The notes under the pieces: generated by a model
What the model was told of the DNA's origin: nothing
Seen by the model: only the letters and a program-made list of their open reading frames with translations
Database searches by the model: none
Origin: TPA_inf: Saccharomyces
Lineage: Eukaryota
Direction: 5' to 3'
Assembly: GCA_000146045.2 (NCBI GenBank)
Contig: BK006938.2
Span: 384,001 to 448,000 of the forward strand
Length of the DNA stretch: 64,000 nt
In this document: positions 47,473-59,511 of the stretch, one piece after another
How the letters are laid out: the number at the start of each line of letters is the position of its first letter
Position numbering within the stretch: position 1 is the stretch's first letter
Translations under genes and position numbers: made by a program

Positions 47473-47517
47473 GCTTTGTTTGGAGGCAGAGTTTCCGTAA
47501 TAATCTTGAGCTGACAT
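47473..47517 (-). CDS. YDL012C exon 1 (ATG TCA GCT CAA GAT TAT TAC GGA AAC TCT GCC TCC AAA CAA AGC)
   Basis: ATG at 47517..47515, followed by GTACGT. Confidence 0.8.
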
Positions 47518-48311
47518 GAGATGTGTATTTGCTTGGTTTATGGGCTATTGTATGGGTTTGTCTTAATATCCTTTTCGGTTGCGTAAATACTTTTTATATT
47601 TCAATATTTCACGATGCCGCTGATAGCATCGTTTAATACGAAAACTTCGAGCCATTTACCAAGAAATATTCTGGACTAGGTGGAAGGAAGCTTCGAGAAC
47701 TCACCGTGGCTATTCAAGGCTGATGGACATATGTACTGGGCTGAGCTTAAGATCTCCCATTACTGCTCCGTGGGGTTTTATGTGAAATGTGGCGTTTCAG
47801 CAGTTTTTAGTTGGCTAATTTCCTAAAAGTAGTAATTAGTTTCTTATGATGGATTTAATGGCGTAGTTCATCCGCGTTTAATTTAACTAGAGGATAATCT
47901 ACTTGCAGCATGAATGAAAATAGTAAGCCAGTAAGGATGCACTGACAGACTCAGCTACCGATTAGTGTTGTTGACTTTTCCGCAAGATCCTTTTCTCCCT
48001 CTTTGGACCTAGTCATCCCTCCACACAAGATTCGCTCTTAAGTAGTGGCGCAGGCTGTTCGCTTTTAAGCATAGTGCTTAATGTCGAAGGCTTTATAGAT
48101 CCCAAATACTACGCCTTGAGAAATTGAATGCACTAGCAGTTAGTTAACTTTCTGGAACGCGCATGACGCGTCCCGGGGCGCCTGAGGCGGAGCGTTCGCG
48201 AAATCGGGAAAACATTATACTGGGAAAGATCACTATCTATTCTCTAAATGAACTTTTAAGCAAATTATCGTAAGATAGAAAAGACGAAACCTTAGCAACC
48301 TAGCGGTTTAA

Positions 48312-49025
<714 letters not shown>

Positions 49026-49496
49026 AATTGTTACAAAAAGGAAAGAAGAAAAAATTAAGAATAAATATATAAATAAAGAGGTCGTGAATGATTAGGTCGT
49101 GAAATGCAGTGTAGTTGGAAAGGCGTAGTTTTCCTAGCACAAGGCGTTTCGGAGTTGGAATAAAGAAGCTATCACCAACGAAGAAGCTTTTTTGTCCAAG
49201 ACATCTCTTAAAAGGGTTGTGAAAACATAAAACGCTTAATGCCTTCATATATACATATATAAGTTTATGGTTTCGATGTTTACAATAACTTCTATCCTTT
49301 GCTGGTCCATGCACTTCACCTTGGTAAGTTATGCAACGCACTTTTGTCTACGCCTGCATTCGATATAAAGGGTAAGCTGCCGAGATAACTTTTGTATCTT
49401 CCGTGTCTGCAGATAAAAAAATAATGCATTCTTCAAAAACTTTGTACAATATCGGGAGAGTTTAACAAGCAAAGTGGCAATACAGATTATAAAAAT

Positions 49497-49994
49497 ATGA
49501 AAGTTAAAATAAACGAAGTGCACAGTGTGTTTGCTTGGTCATGGCACATCCCTAGCACATCTGATGAGGACGCAGCCAATAACGATCCAATTGGCAATGA
49601 TGAAGACGAGGATGTCTGTGGTATCTGTCGTGCCAGTTATAACGGTACCTGTCCAAGCTGTAAATTTCCAGGCGATCAATGCCCTTTAGTGATTGGGCTA
49701 TGTCATCATAACTTCCATGATCATTGTATATACCGTTGGCTTGATACACCAACCTCAAAAGGACTGTGTCCGATGTGTAGGCAAACTTTCCAGCTACAGA
49801 AGGGTCTAGCAATTAATGACGCTCATGTCCAAAAGTTCGTTGAAATAGTTTCAAGAAGAAGAGAAGAAATGATAGAGGAGGGCGTCGCAGAAGAGTTTGT
49901 GGACTTTGATGAACCAATAAGGCAAAACACCGATAACCCAATCGGTAGACAGCAAGTTGATACCATCCTGGACGAAGACTTTTTGTTACGATAA
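49497..49994 (+). CDS. APC11: APC/C catalytic RING-H2 subunit Apc11 (YDL008W)
   Basis: 165 aa. MKVKINEVHSVFAWSW.. and RING-H2 Cys/His pattern. Confidence 0.9.
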   Translation: MKVKINEVHSVFAWSWHIPSTSDEDAANNDPIGNDEDEDVCGICRASYNGTCPSCKFPGDQCPLVIGLCHHNFHDHCIYRWLDTPTSKGLCPMCRQTFQLQKGLAINDAHVQKFVEIVSRRREEMIEEGVAEEFVDFDEPIRQNTDNPIGRQQVDTILDEDFLLR

Positions 49995-50263
49995 AAAAGA
50001 AACTTAGAAATCACAATTAGCTATATTTCCATACGGTTCTTTTCTTGTGAACGCTGTTAACATTCTGTATACTTAAATGAAAATTTAATATTGATTTTTT
50101 CTTGTTGCAGCTAAAGATAAAAAAATTTTCTTTTCCAATCGTTGAATAGATGTACTGTAGCCGGAACTGAAGTTAAGGTTGTTAGATTGAAAAAGAACAA
50201 CAGTGTACTAATCATGCTAACGATGACAGCGGTATCGTTGCATACTTAGAATACATAAAAATA

Positions 50264-50336
50264 TGCTTCCAATCGGATTTGAACCGATGATCTCCACATT
50301 ACTAGTGTGGCGCCTTACCAACTTGGCCATAGAAGC
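50264..50336 (-). tRNA. tT(AGU): tRNA-Thr (anticodon AGU), tT(AGU)D
   Basis: Minus strand: GCTTCTATGGCCAAGTTGGTAAGGCGCCACACTAGTAATGTGGAGATCATCGGTTCAAATCCGATTGGAAGCA. Confidence 0.95.
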
Positions 50337-50437
50337 TTCTGATTTGTGTTCATTTGATTGTAAGTTAGAGTATTTCAAGCTCTAACTCAATTATGTGAAC
50401 TTTCATAAAATTGTGTTATTTTTGAGAAATATGTGAG

Positions 50438-50739
50438 TTGTTAGATAATTGTTGGGATTCCATTGTTGCTAAAGGCTATAATATTGGTATACAGAATATA
50501 CTAGAAGTTCTCCTCGAGGATATAGGAATCCACAAAAGGGAATCGATAGTTCTACATAATGTTATTATTTTATCTTCTTTCCTTTTATGCGTTGTCATTC
50601 ATTATCCTATTACATTATCAATCCTTGCATTTCAGCTTCCATTAGATCGGATGACTGTTTCTCAATCTTTATGTCATCTTCTTACACCGCATGTGATAAT
50701 ATAATATTAAATAGATGATATTAGAGTTCAATTCCAACA
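50438..50739 (-). mobile_element. Solo Ty1/Ty2 delta LTR (about 300 bp), minus orientation, about 100 bp upstream of tT(AGU)
   Basis: Begins TGTTGGGATTCCATTG and ends ..GAGTTCAATTCCAACA. Strong similarity to the reverse complement of the delta consensus. Confidence 0.8.
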
Positions 50740-50769
50740 ATTTTCATTCTAGATAGCGGGAATATTACT

Positions 50770-51085
50770 GGGTATTCAGTATATCACAACGTCTCTTACA
50801 AGATAGAGGATACTACAAGAGGGAAGCAAGAATCATACATGGTAATGTTGTTTTTTCTTCCCCACATTTTTTGTTATCATTCGTTATTTATTATATTTTC
50901 AATGCTTGCATTTGCAGCTTCCATCTCATCTGATGACTGTTTCTCAATTCTTATAGTGTGTTATCATGTACGGTATTAGATGATGACATAAGGTTATGAG
51001 AAATTGTCGTCGAAGTTAAAGGAAGCTGTATTCTGTATACATAATACTATAGAATTTACAAACAGTGGAATTGCAACAATTATCA
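50770..51085. mobile_element. Second delta-like LTR remnant made of two fragments in opposite orientation: a minus-oriented piece to about 50930, then a plus-oriented piece with an internal deletion ending ..GGAATTGCAACAATTATC
   Basis: Segments match delta in reverse complement (..ttcaatgcttgcatttgcagcttcc..) and then forward (acggtattagatgatgacataaggttatgagaa..). Boundaries are approximate. Confidence 0.55.
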
Positions 51086-53527
51086 AATTATTCACCTAAT
51101 AATCACCTTTAACATTCAGGGAGGTTTATTTTTGCTTCCGAAATTTTTACAGTCTACAGGGAAGAAATAAATATTTAGTTGAGAAAGTTTTGTTTATTTG
51201 TAAGTTATTAATTTGAAAAATAAATACCATAACTAGCGCAAAGCTTATAAAAGAGATGTTTGTTGAAAAATGCAGAAACCCCATATATAAAACCATGAAA
51301 TGTCACAATGGACATGATGTACATTCTTGGAGATAACATCATATTCGAAATATTCAATATGCCCAATTGGTACCTGTTCTCCATACCCCATTATATGATA
51401 CAAATGATCTGCCCCTATTCTAACACTGTGCTAGCAACATAGCAATTATACTAAATTTTTTCAGTCACTATGCAATACATGTAATCTCTCAACTACCAAG
51501 CAGTCATTATTCTATTAATATATATTTGTGCTTGGAAGTATTGTTTCACTTCTCAGAGGCCTTTCTTGACATGTTATAGTTTTTTAGGTACCTTCTAATC
51601 CTGTAAATTTATACAAAAATTGGTATATAATGGCTACCTCCGGAAATTTTAACAACTTTTGGGTCACACTATTACTGTGTATACTTCCTTTAGAGATCTC
51701 AAGCATTACTGAAAGATAACCTGAGGAAAAACATAGCGCGTCTACGGATGTGTAATACTCGCTGGATTTCCTGGTAAAAACTACTGTACATTTATCAGCT
51801 GCCTCTGCCAATGCTATTGAGAACCGTAGGTTCATTAGAATTACTTCATTCAACGGAAAACGTCACTATACCTGCCGCTTGTGTGTCGCGTCAGTAACGC
51901 CTTGACAGAAAAAGAAAGAAAAGAATATGACCGACCGATCGATGTATTATTATTATTGAACTGATTATAAAAAATTGGAACGTCGTAGAATCAGAAATCA
52001 TAAGACAATGGCCAACTATGCCAAATCACACATCAATATTTAACCGAGATAGCAAAAGAAAATAAATTTCGATTATTTTTAAAATGTAACTGACAGTTTT
52101 TGGCACTTGTGGACTTCCTCTTTCCGGCAGATAGCAAAACCAACGGTAGAATGGCCCCGAAATTTAAATTTTATTTCATTGTGTGCTTGAGCGTGGCCTT
52201 TTTTTTTTTTTTTTTACATATCACAAACAATTCACACATTACCACACATACCATAAGCTAACGTATGCGGTGCAAAGTTCACTATTAGGCGCTTAAAGGC
52301 TTGGAACGAAATGACTTCTGGCTTTTGTTTCCTATACACATTCTTAGCAAAACTTTTGGTGTTGTAACAAGCAATGAGATAGAGAAAGAAATATATCCAT
52401 CAATGGAAGAAATAGGCAGACGTCGGTAATTTTATTCTATTGAAAATATGCAAAAGTGACAGTATAAATTGAAGTAACTAATTTTACATCTAGTAAGCTG
52501 CTGTTGAAGAATTGAATAGTATCGCAGTATTTATTTTGTATACCCTTAGAATACACATACTTGGTGTTAGAAGCCATCTAATACACTATATAACTCGGGG
52601 ATTAAATCATCTTGGAAGAGCGAATCTAGTTCAGGATCGCCTGTCGTAAAGTTCGAGGATAAGGACATCGAATTTAGTAGTAGTCCTAATGACTCGATGT
52701 TATTGTCTAAAATTTGTTCAATTTCTTTTCCTGATTTATCATCGTCTTCTTGAATAGGTAAACAGTAATATTTACCAAAGTTCAGGAGGGTTAGGATGGT
52801 GTGAAAAATTATAGGAAGGAACATCAAGAAAGTGCTTGAAATATTTTTCTTGGATTATGGAAGTATCAAGAACGATATTATTTCAATAATGTGATGGTTT
52901 ATATCTTTGCATACAATAGATTTTGTGATACTTTTTTTATGTAATGGTCCCGTAACCCCGTCGCTCTTTCCCTTTTAATTTTGCCCGATCCACTTTCTAT
53001 GCCGGTAGTTTAGCCGCCAAGTGCTATTTTCAAACGAATCAATAGTAGCGGCTGCAACTTTGAAAAAGAAAGAAACAAAATTATGCGCTAGTTTTCCATT
53101 TCTTGTATTCTTTTTTCTTTTGCGGTGGTAATTACGGGAATTTAGTGATGTTGGAACGAGAGTAATTAATAGTGACATGAGTTGCTATGGTAACAATCTA
53201 ATGCTTACACCGTATATTAATGTACACCTCGTATACGTTTAAGTGTGATTGCACCTATTGCAGAAGGAATGTTAAACGAGAAGCTCAGACAATACTGAAG
53301 CTGTGCTAAAGATCTATTAATTGAACATGATATGGTAGGTACATATATGAGGAATATGAGTCGTCACATCAATGTATAGTAACTACCGGAATCACTATTA
53401 TATTGGTCATGATTAATATGACCAATCGGCGTGTGTTTTATATACCTCTCTTATTTAGTATAAGAAGATCAATACTTATTTCTTCATTAATACTATTTTT
53501 TACCTCTAACTATCAACAAGTGATAAT

Positions 53528-53700
53528 TGTTGGAATTCCATTGTTAATAAAGGCAATAATATTATGTATACAGAATACAGCTTCCTCTAACTTCTATGAC
53601 AGTTTCTCATACCTTATGTCATCATCTAACATTGTACATTATAATATACTCGTAGTAAGACTACTAGTTGAGAGAGAATAGTTGATTTTTATTCTAACAA
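53528..53700 (-). mobile_element. Truncated delta LTR (Ty2-type, internal U3 deletion) about 70 bp upstream of tS(AGA)
   Basis: TGTTGGAATTCCATTG.. ..GATTTTTATTCTAACA. Matches the delta termini in minus orientation. Confidence 0.7.
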
Positions 53701-53771
53701 ATAATATTCCAGCAGGTTTACATATTCCTAGGTTTGGGATATATCTTAAGTCAATAATTCATCATTAGTAA

Positions 53772-53853
53772 GGCAACTTGGCCGAGTGGTTAAGGCGAAA
53801 GATTAGAAATCTTTTGGGCTTTGCCCGCGCAGGTTCGAGTCCTGCAGTTGTCG
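53772..53853 (+). tRNA. tS(AGA): tRNA-Ser (anticodon AGA) with long variable arm, tS(AGA)
   Basis: GGCAACTTGGCCGAGTGGTTAAGGCGAAAGATTAGAAATCTTTTGGGCTTTGCCCGCGCAGGTTCGAGTCCTGCAGTTGTCG, then a T-run. Confidence 0.95.
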
Positions 53854-53915
53854 TCATTTTTATATTCCCAATATTTTTATCACTCCGGGTAACGAGTTAT
53901 TAACGGTTTTTCTCC

Positions 53916-53924
53916 GGTGGCAAA
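53916..53924 (+). promoter_or_regulatory. PACE (proteasome-associated control element, GGTGGCAAA), the Rpn4 binding site about 125 bp upstream of the RPT2 ATG
   Basis: Exact nonamer. The trans-factor RPN4 is encoded in the same window. Confidence 0.7.
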
Positions 53925-54046
53925 TGTCTCTTTTCTTTTACCTAAAAGAAGGTTAATGTGAATATTAGTGAATATGATGCGTATCAGTGTCAAGCTTACA
54001 GTCAATTCAAGTTAAAGAAGAGACAGCGTTTTTAATAGAAAATAAA

Positions 54047-55360
54047 ATGGGACAAGGTGTATCATCTGGACAAGACAAAAAGAAGAAGAAGGGATCTAAT
54101 CAGAAACCCAAATATGAACCTCCCGTTCAATCTAAATTTGGTCGTAAGAAAAGAAAGGGAGGTCCAGCTACTGCTGAAAAATTACCCAACATATATCCAA
54201 GTACTCGTTGTAAGTTAAAGCTTCTAAGGATGGAACGAATTAAAGACCATTTGTTATTAGAAGAAGAATTTGTCTCTAACTCTGAAATTTTAAAACCCTT
54301 TGAAAAGAAGCAGGAGGAGGAAAAGAAACAATTGGAAGAAATACGTGGAAATCCATTGAGCATTGGGACCCTTGAAGAAATTATAGACGATGATCATGCG
54401 ATAGTGACAAGTCCAACTATGCCTGATTATTATGTATCTATCTTATCCTTTGTCGATAAAGAGTTACTAGAGCCTGGATGTTCTGTGTTATTGCATCATA
54501 AAACCATGTCCATCGTAGGTGTTTTACAGGATGACGCCGATCCAATGGTTTCGGTCATGAAAATGGATAAGTCGCCAACAGAATCATACAGTGATATTGG
54601 TGGCTTAGAATCTCAAATTCAAGAAATAAAAGAGTCTGTAGAGTTACCGTTAACACACCCCGAACTGTATGAAGAGATGGGTATCAAACCTCCCAAGGGT
54701 GTGATTCTTTATGGTGCACCCGGTACAGGTAAGACATTGCTAGCAAAGGCTGTTGCAAATCAAACATCTGCCACATTCTTAAGGATTGTTGGCTCAGAGT
54801 TAATTCAAAAATATTTGGGGGATGGTCCTAGGTTGTGTAGGCAAATTTTCAAAGTAGCGGGTGAGAATGCACCAAGTATTGTATTTATTGATGAAATAGA
54901 CGCCATTGGTACTAAAAGATATGACTCCAATAGTGGTGGTGAGAGAGAAATTCAGAGAACCATGCTGGAATTGCTGAACCAGCTGGACGGGTTCGACGAC
55001 AGAGGGGATGTGAAGGTGATTATGGCCACTAACAAAATCGAGACTCTTGACCCAGCATTAATCAGGCCTGGGAGAATTGATCGTAAAATCTTATTTGAAA
55101 ACCCTGATCTAAGTACTAAGAAAAAAATTTTAGGGATTCACACTTCCAAGATGAATTTAAGTGAGGACGTTAATCTTGAAACTTTAGTAACAACAAAGGA
55201 TGATTTGTCAGGCGCCGATATCCAGGCAATGTGTACAGAAGCAGGTTTGTTAGCCCTTAGAGAGAGAAGAATGCAAGTTACAGCGGAGGATTTTAAACAA
55301 GCCAAGGAGAGAGTCATGAAAAATAAAGTTGAGGAAAATTTAGAAGGTTTATACTTGTGA
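54047..55360 (+). CDS. RPT2: 26S proteasome regulatory AAA-ATPase Rpt2 (YDL007W)
   Basis: 437 aa from the ATG at 54047 ([17 protein letters not shown]-myristoylation-type MGxxxS). The track ORF starts at an upstream GTG. Walker A GAPGTGKT, Walker B DEID. Confidence 0.9.
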
Positions 55361-55908
55361 TGTGCCCATTTACATTTTTCTATAATAGATTTACGTATAT
55401 AAGTAATGCTTCAACAAAGCTTAATATGTGTACATTTTGTATCACGTGCAATATTTGTTTCAAAAACTTAATATAGGTAGGGCGTCGGGGCCTTCGCGAA
55501 TTCTAACTGCAAAGGAAAACTGGTGAACACATCTGAGAGGGTTTGTTGTCCTAATTTTATAGGAAACTAAAACTCAAAAGACAAAGTATACCTTTGCAAA
55601 TTGAAAGCTTAGTTAAACATTATTATTCGTGTGTTTGAGGTCACTTTTTTTCGTCTTAAACAGCTCTCAAAGTTGTCTCAAAATTTTTATCCGGATTCCT
55701 TTACATTAACAGACCCCAAACACAACAAGTTTTGATAGTTTAAGTAAGTGAACGCTTATTTTTGTTGTCGTTGAAAAGAAAATAAATAGGCAGTATTATC
55801 AATTAGGAGGTGAGTTAAATTCCATTCTATACCGAGTATACGAGATTTTGCACATTCTTACTTCATATATCATTTAGGCACTGCATTTATCTTTTAAAAA
55901 TCATTATA

Positions 55909-56754
55909 ATGAGTAATCATTCTGAAATCTTAGAAAGGCCAGAAACACCATATGACATAACTTATAGAGTAGGTGTGGCGGAAAATAAAAACTCGAAATT
56001 TCGGAGGACAATGGAAGATGTTCATACGTATGTTAAAAACTTTGCTTCAAGATTAGATTGGGGATATTTCGCGGTGTTTGATGGACATGCTGGGATTCAG
56101 GCCTCCAAATGGTGTGGTAAACATCTTCATACAATTATAGAGCAAAACATTTTGGCAGATGAAACACGAGATGTTAGAGATGTATTGAACGATTCATTCC
56201 TAGCCATTGACGAAGAAATTAATACAAAACTTGTAGGAAATAGTGGATGTACTGCTGCTGTTTGCGTATTACGTTGGGAGCTTCCGGATTCAGTTTCTGA
56301 TGATTCAATGGATTTAGCCCAACACCAAAGAAAGTTATATACAGCAAATGTTGGTGATTCTCGAATAGTATTGTTTAGAAACGGGAACAGCATAAGACTG
56401 ACTTATGATCATAAGGCATCTGACACTTTGGAGATGCAGAGAGTTGAACAAGCAGGTGGCCTGATAATGAAAAGTCGTGTAAATGGTATGCTGGCAGTGA
56501 CGAGATCGTTAGGGGATAAATTTTTTGATAGTTTAGTAGTGGGCAGCCCATTTACCACGAGCGTAGAAATAACTTCTGAGGACAAATTTTTAATCCTAGC
56601 GTGTGATGGATTATGGGATGTTATTGATGATCAAGATGCATGCGAATTAATCAAGGATATTACTGAACCTAATGAAGCTGCAAAAGTCTTGGTTAGATAT
56701 GCTTTGGAAAATGGCACAACAGATAATGTAACGGTCATGGTTGTCTTCCTCTAA
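55909..56754 (+). CDS. PTC1: PP2C protein phosphatase Ptc1 (YDL006W)
   Basis: 281 aa. PP2C motifs (FAVFDGHAG, DGLWD, GTTDNVTVMVV). Confidence 0.9.
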   Translation: MSNHSEILERPETPYDITYRVGVAENKNSKFRRTMEDVHTYVKNFASRLDWGYFAVFDGHAGIQASKWCGKHLHTIIEQNILADETRDVRDVLNDSFLAIDEEINTKLVGNSGCTAAVCVLRWELPDSVSDDSMDLAQHQRKLYTANVGDSRIVLFRNGNSIRLTYDHKASDTLEMQRVEQAGGLIMKSRVNGMLAVTRSLGDKFFDSLVVGSPFTTSVEITSEDKFLILACDGLWDVIDDQDACELIKDITEPNEAAKVLVRYALENGTTDNVTVMVVFL

Positions 56755-57013
56755 GAAGGATCCGTTATAAACCGCGCAAAAATTATGCATAGACATAGAG
56801 ATATGCAATGTGTATGTGTGTATGTATGTATATGTATAAACGTACCAAATCTATTTTGCATGCATCTCTCACATGACGAATGAGGTTTTAGTAGAATAGG
56901 ATTCCAGATTTTTAAACTGGAGAACATATTCTATCATATATATACCAATTAAATTCACGTAGCGAATGCACAACACGGTTTACAAGTCAATAGTTAACAA
57001 TAGGAAGACCAAG

Positions 57014-58309
57014 CTATATATTGAAGCCGCTGAGGTCTAATTCGCCATTATCTCCAGTGGTCGACCAGTCAATATTAAGGTCGTTGAAATCATTTAATGT
57101 CAAGTATTCTTCACCGTTGTCGGCTGGAGGAGGGTTATCTCCAGGATTGGAAACAACGGTCGTTGGTAAATCATTATTAACTATATTTTCATTATCATTT
57201 CCGGTAGTGATAGAATTGTTCTTGTTATTGCTGTCGTTGTTGGTGGTATTGTTATTGTCGTTCCCACTGTTGTTGTTGTTGTTGTTGCCGTTATCGTCAT
57301 TGTTGTTATTGTTATTATTATTATTATTGTTGTTCTTCTCACTGCTGTTGTTGTTGTTCTCGTTGTCCTCGTTGTTGTTCTTATTCTTTTCATCGCCGTT
57401 GTTATTTTTGTTGCTTTCGTTGTTGTTATCCTTGCCGTTCTTGGTGCTATTGATATTATTATTTATGTTGTTTTCAATAGAAGAAATATTTATGTCATTG
57501 TAGTTGTTACCTGAGTCATTATCGTCAAAGCCTTTGGTTTCGTCCACCGTGGCATTGAAGGCTGTGGAGTCAAAACCAGTACTGTCAAGGCCTGAAAACA
57601 TCGAAATATCCATAGAGTTTAAATCGTTGAACATTACATCCGAGGGTTGGGCCTGCTGGCTTTGGATTCGAGTAGTGGTTAAGGGAGAAAATGCGGCACC
57701 GTTATTAGCAGCATTTGCGTTCTCAAGTTGTGTTTGACTGGATGATTGAAGAGATCCAAGTTCTTGATAATTCTCTTTGGAACCGTTGGCATCCGTTGTG
57801 TTCGCAGGTGCTGTTGTGGAGAAGTTCAAACCAAGGCCATTTTTTTCCTTTGAATTTTGCTGGAGTTGCTGCTGTTGGGAGGCTTCTTCGAGTTCTTGTC
57901 GCTTTTTTAATTCTTCTTGTTCTCTAACCTTCCTCATATTTTCTTGTTCAGCCCTCTTTTTTTCAGCTTCCTCTCTTTCTTTCTCCTTTTCTTTTCCGAG
58001 TGCAGTAAGAGTTTCTAAATATGAAGAACTCTGGCTTAGAGAAGTCTCTAAATCATCTAAAATTCCATGAAATAATTTAACCTTCTCTTTCAATAATTTT
58101 TGCTGAGATTGACTGAAACCATTGACGAGATAAGAATCTAGTTGTACATTTTTTAACTGTTGTTGCATCATCATTTCTGCTCCAACTTTTAGGATGTCAT
58201 CGAAGCAAACAGTAAGCTTATTTTTATACGTCATTGTTCTGGTATTGCTCCCCCGTTCAGAGAAATTGGCTGTGTGAACAGACGAAACTGGGCTATTTTG
58301 TACTACCAT
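57014..58309 (-). CDS. MED2: Mediator tail subunit Med2 (YDL005C)
   Basis: 431 aa. N-terminal conserved part, coiled-coil KE-rich region, then a long Asn/Asp-rich low-complexity C-terminal half. Confidence 0.85.
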   Translation of the reverse strand: MVVQNSPVSSVHTANFSERGSNTRTMTYKNKLTVCFDDILKVGAEMMMQQQLKNVQLDSYLVNGFSQSQQKLLKEKVKLFHGILDDLETSLSQSSSYLETLTALGKEKEKEREEAEKKRAEQENMRKVREQEELKKRQELEEASQQQQLQQNSKEKNGLGLNFSTTAPANTTDANGSKENYQELGSLQSSSQTQLENANAANNGAAFSPLTTTRIQSQQAQPSDVMFNDLNSMDISMFSGLDSTGFDSTAFNATVDETKGFDDNDSGNNYNDINISSIENNINNNINSTKNGKDNNNESNKNNNGDEKNKNNNEDNENNNNSSEKNNNNNNNNNNNNDDNGNNNNNNSGNDNNNTTNNDSNNKNNSITTGNDNENIVNNDLPTTVVSNPGDNPPPADNGEEYLTLNDFNDLNIDWSTTGDNGELDLSGFNI

Positions 58310-59028
58310 TACTTTCAGACGGGCAGTTTATTTGGGAGGATCCGCCTTCAAATTTAAACTATCTTGAGACCAGAACATCTATTGAAATTTTGGTGAATAT
58401 TCCAGCAACCCTCTCTATCCCGCTTTGAATTTCTTGATGTCATTGGAAACATTTAACTTTTCTCGTTACAAGCGGGTAATATCCTAATCATTGTAATTAA
58501 GACGTTGCTTCCCTGGGAAGAAAATAGTATAAACATAAGATATAATAGTTTTTAAAATGGTCAACGTATGCGATGCACAACTAAAAGGTACCAATTCATT
58601 AAATATTATAATATTTACTTCTTACTATTACACGAAAGACAAGTGTGAAATGCCTAGGAGATTGATGATTGACAAGCTCTGGCCTTGCAATAAAAATACT
58701 TATACACAACTTCAAATAATATAGAAAAGAAAGAAGACTATAAGCTAAAAATGTAGACAACCTCATTTAAATATTATTCTTAGGACTTGGTAATAATAGC
58801 TAATTTGTATATTATTCACCTCGGTCACCGCCTGTAATCACCTTTAACGAAAATAGATGCCCAGCCAATCAAAGCGCATTATGGAGTCGTCTAGGAAGGG
58901 GCCGTCCCATCATTGTAAAAGTTCATGTTAAATTAGATGGAGGATAACAATAAAGGTATCGTACACACACTGCTAAAAGAGCCTCAATCAATTTGTGAAG
59001 GTATAACTGTAGCCGTGAGGATAGGAAA

Positions 59029-59511
59029 ATGTTACGTTCAATTATTGGAAAGAGTGCATCAAGATCATTGAATTTCGTCGCTAAGCGTTCATATGCAGAA
59101 GCTGCTGCCGCATCATCAGGTTTGAAGTTACAATTTGCTCTACCACACGAAACTTTATATAGTGGCTCCGAAGTTACTCAAGTGAACCTGCCTGCTAAGT
59201 CAGGACGTATTGGTGTATTGGCCAACCATGTTCCCACCGTTGAACAATTACTACCAGGTGTCGTTGAAGTTATGGAAGGCTCTAACTCTAAAAAATTCTT
59301 TATATCAGGTGGATTTGCAACAGTTCAACCAGACTCGCAGTTATGTGTAACTGCAATTGAAGCTTTTCCATTGGAATCCTTTTCACAAGAAAATATAAAA
59401 AATTTGTTGGCAGAAGCTAAGAAGAACGTTAGTTCATCTGATGCCAGGGAAGCCGCAGAAGCTGCAATTCAAGTAGAAGTTTTAGAAAACCTACAATCCG
59501 TATTGAAATAG
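59029..59511 (+). CDS. ATP16: F1-ATP synthase delta subunit Atp16 (YDL004W), mitochondrial
   Basis: 160 aa. N-terminal presequence MLRSIIGKSASRSLNFVAKRSYAEA, ATP synthase delta/epsilon fold. Confidence 0.9.
   Translation: MLRSIIGKSASRSLNFVAKRSYAEAAAASSGLKLQFALPHETLYSGSEVTQVNLPAKSGRIGVLANHVPTVEQLLPGVVEVMEGSNSKKFFISGGFATVQPDSQLCVTAIEAFPLESFSQENIKNLLAEAKKNVSSSDAREAAEAAIQVEVLENLQSVLK

Noticed and set aside
57021-57503. 160-aa poly-Leu ORF on the plus strand
   Set aside because: Antisense of the MED2 Asn-codon array.
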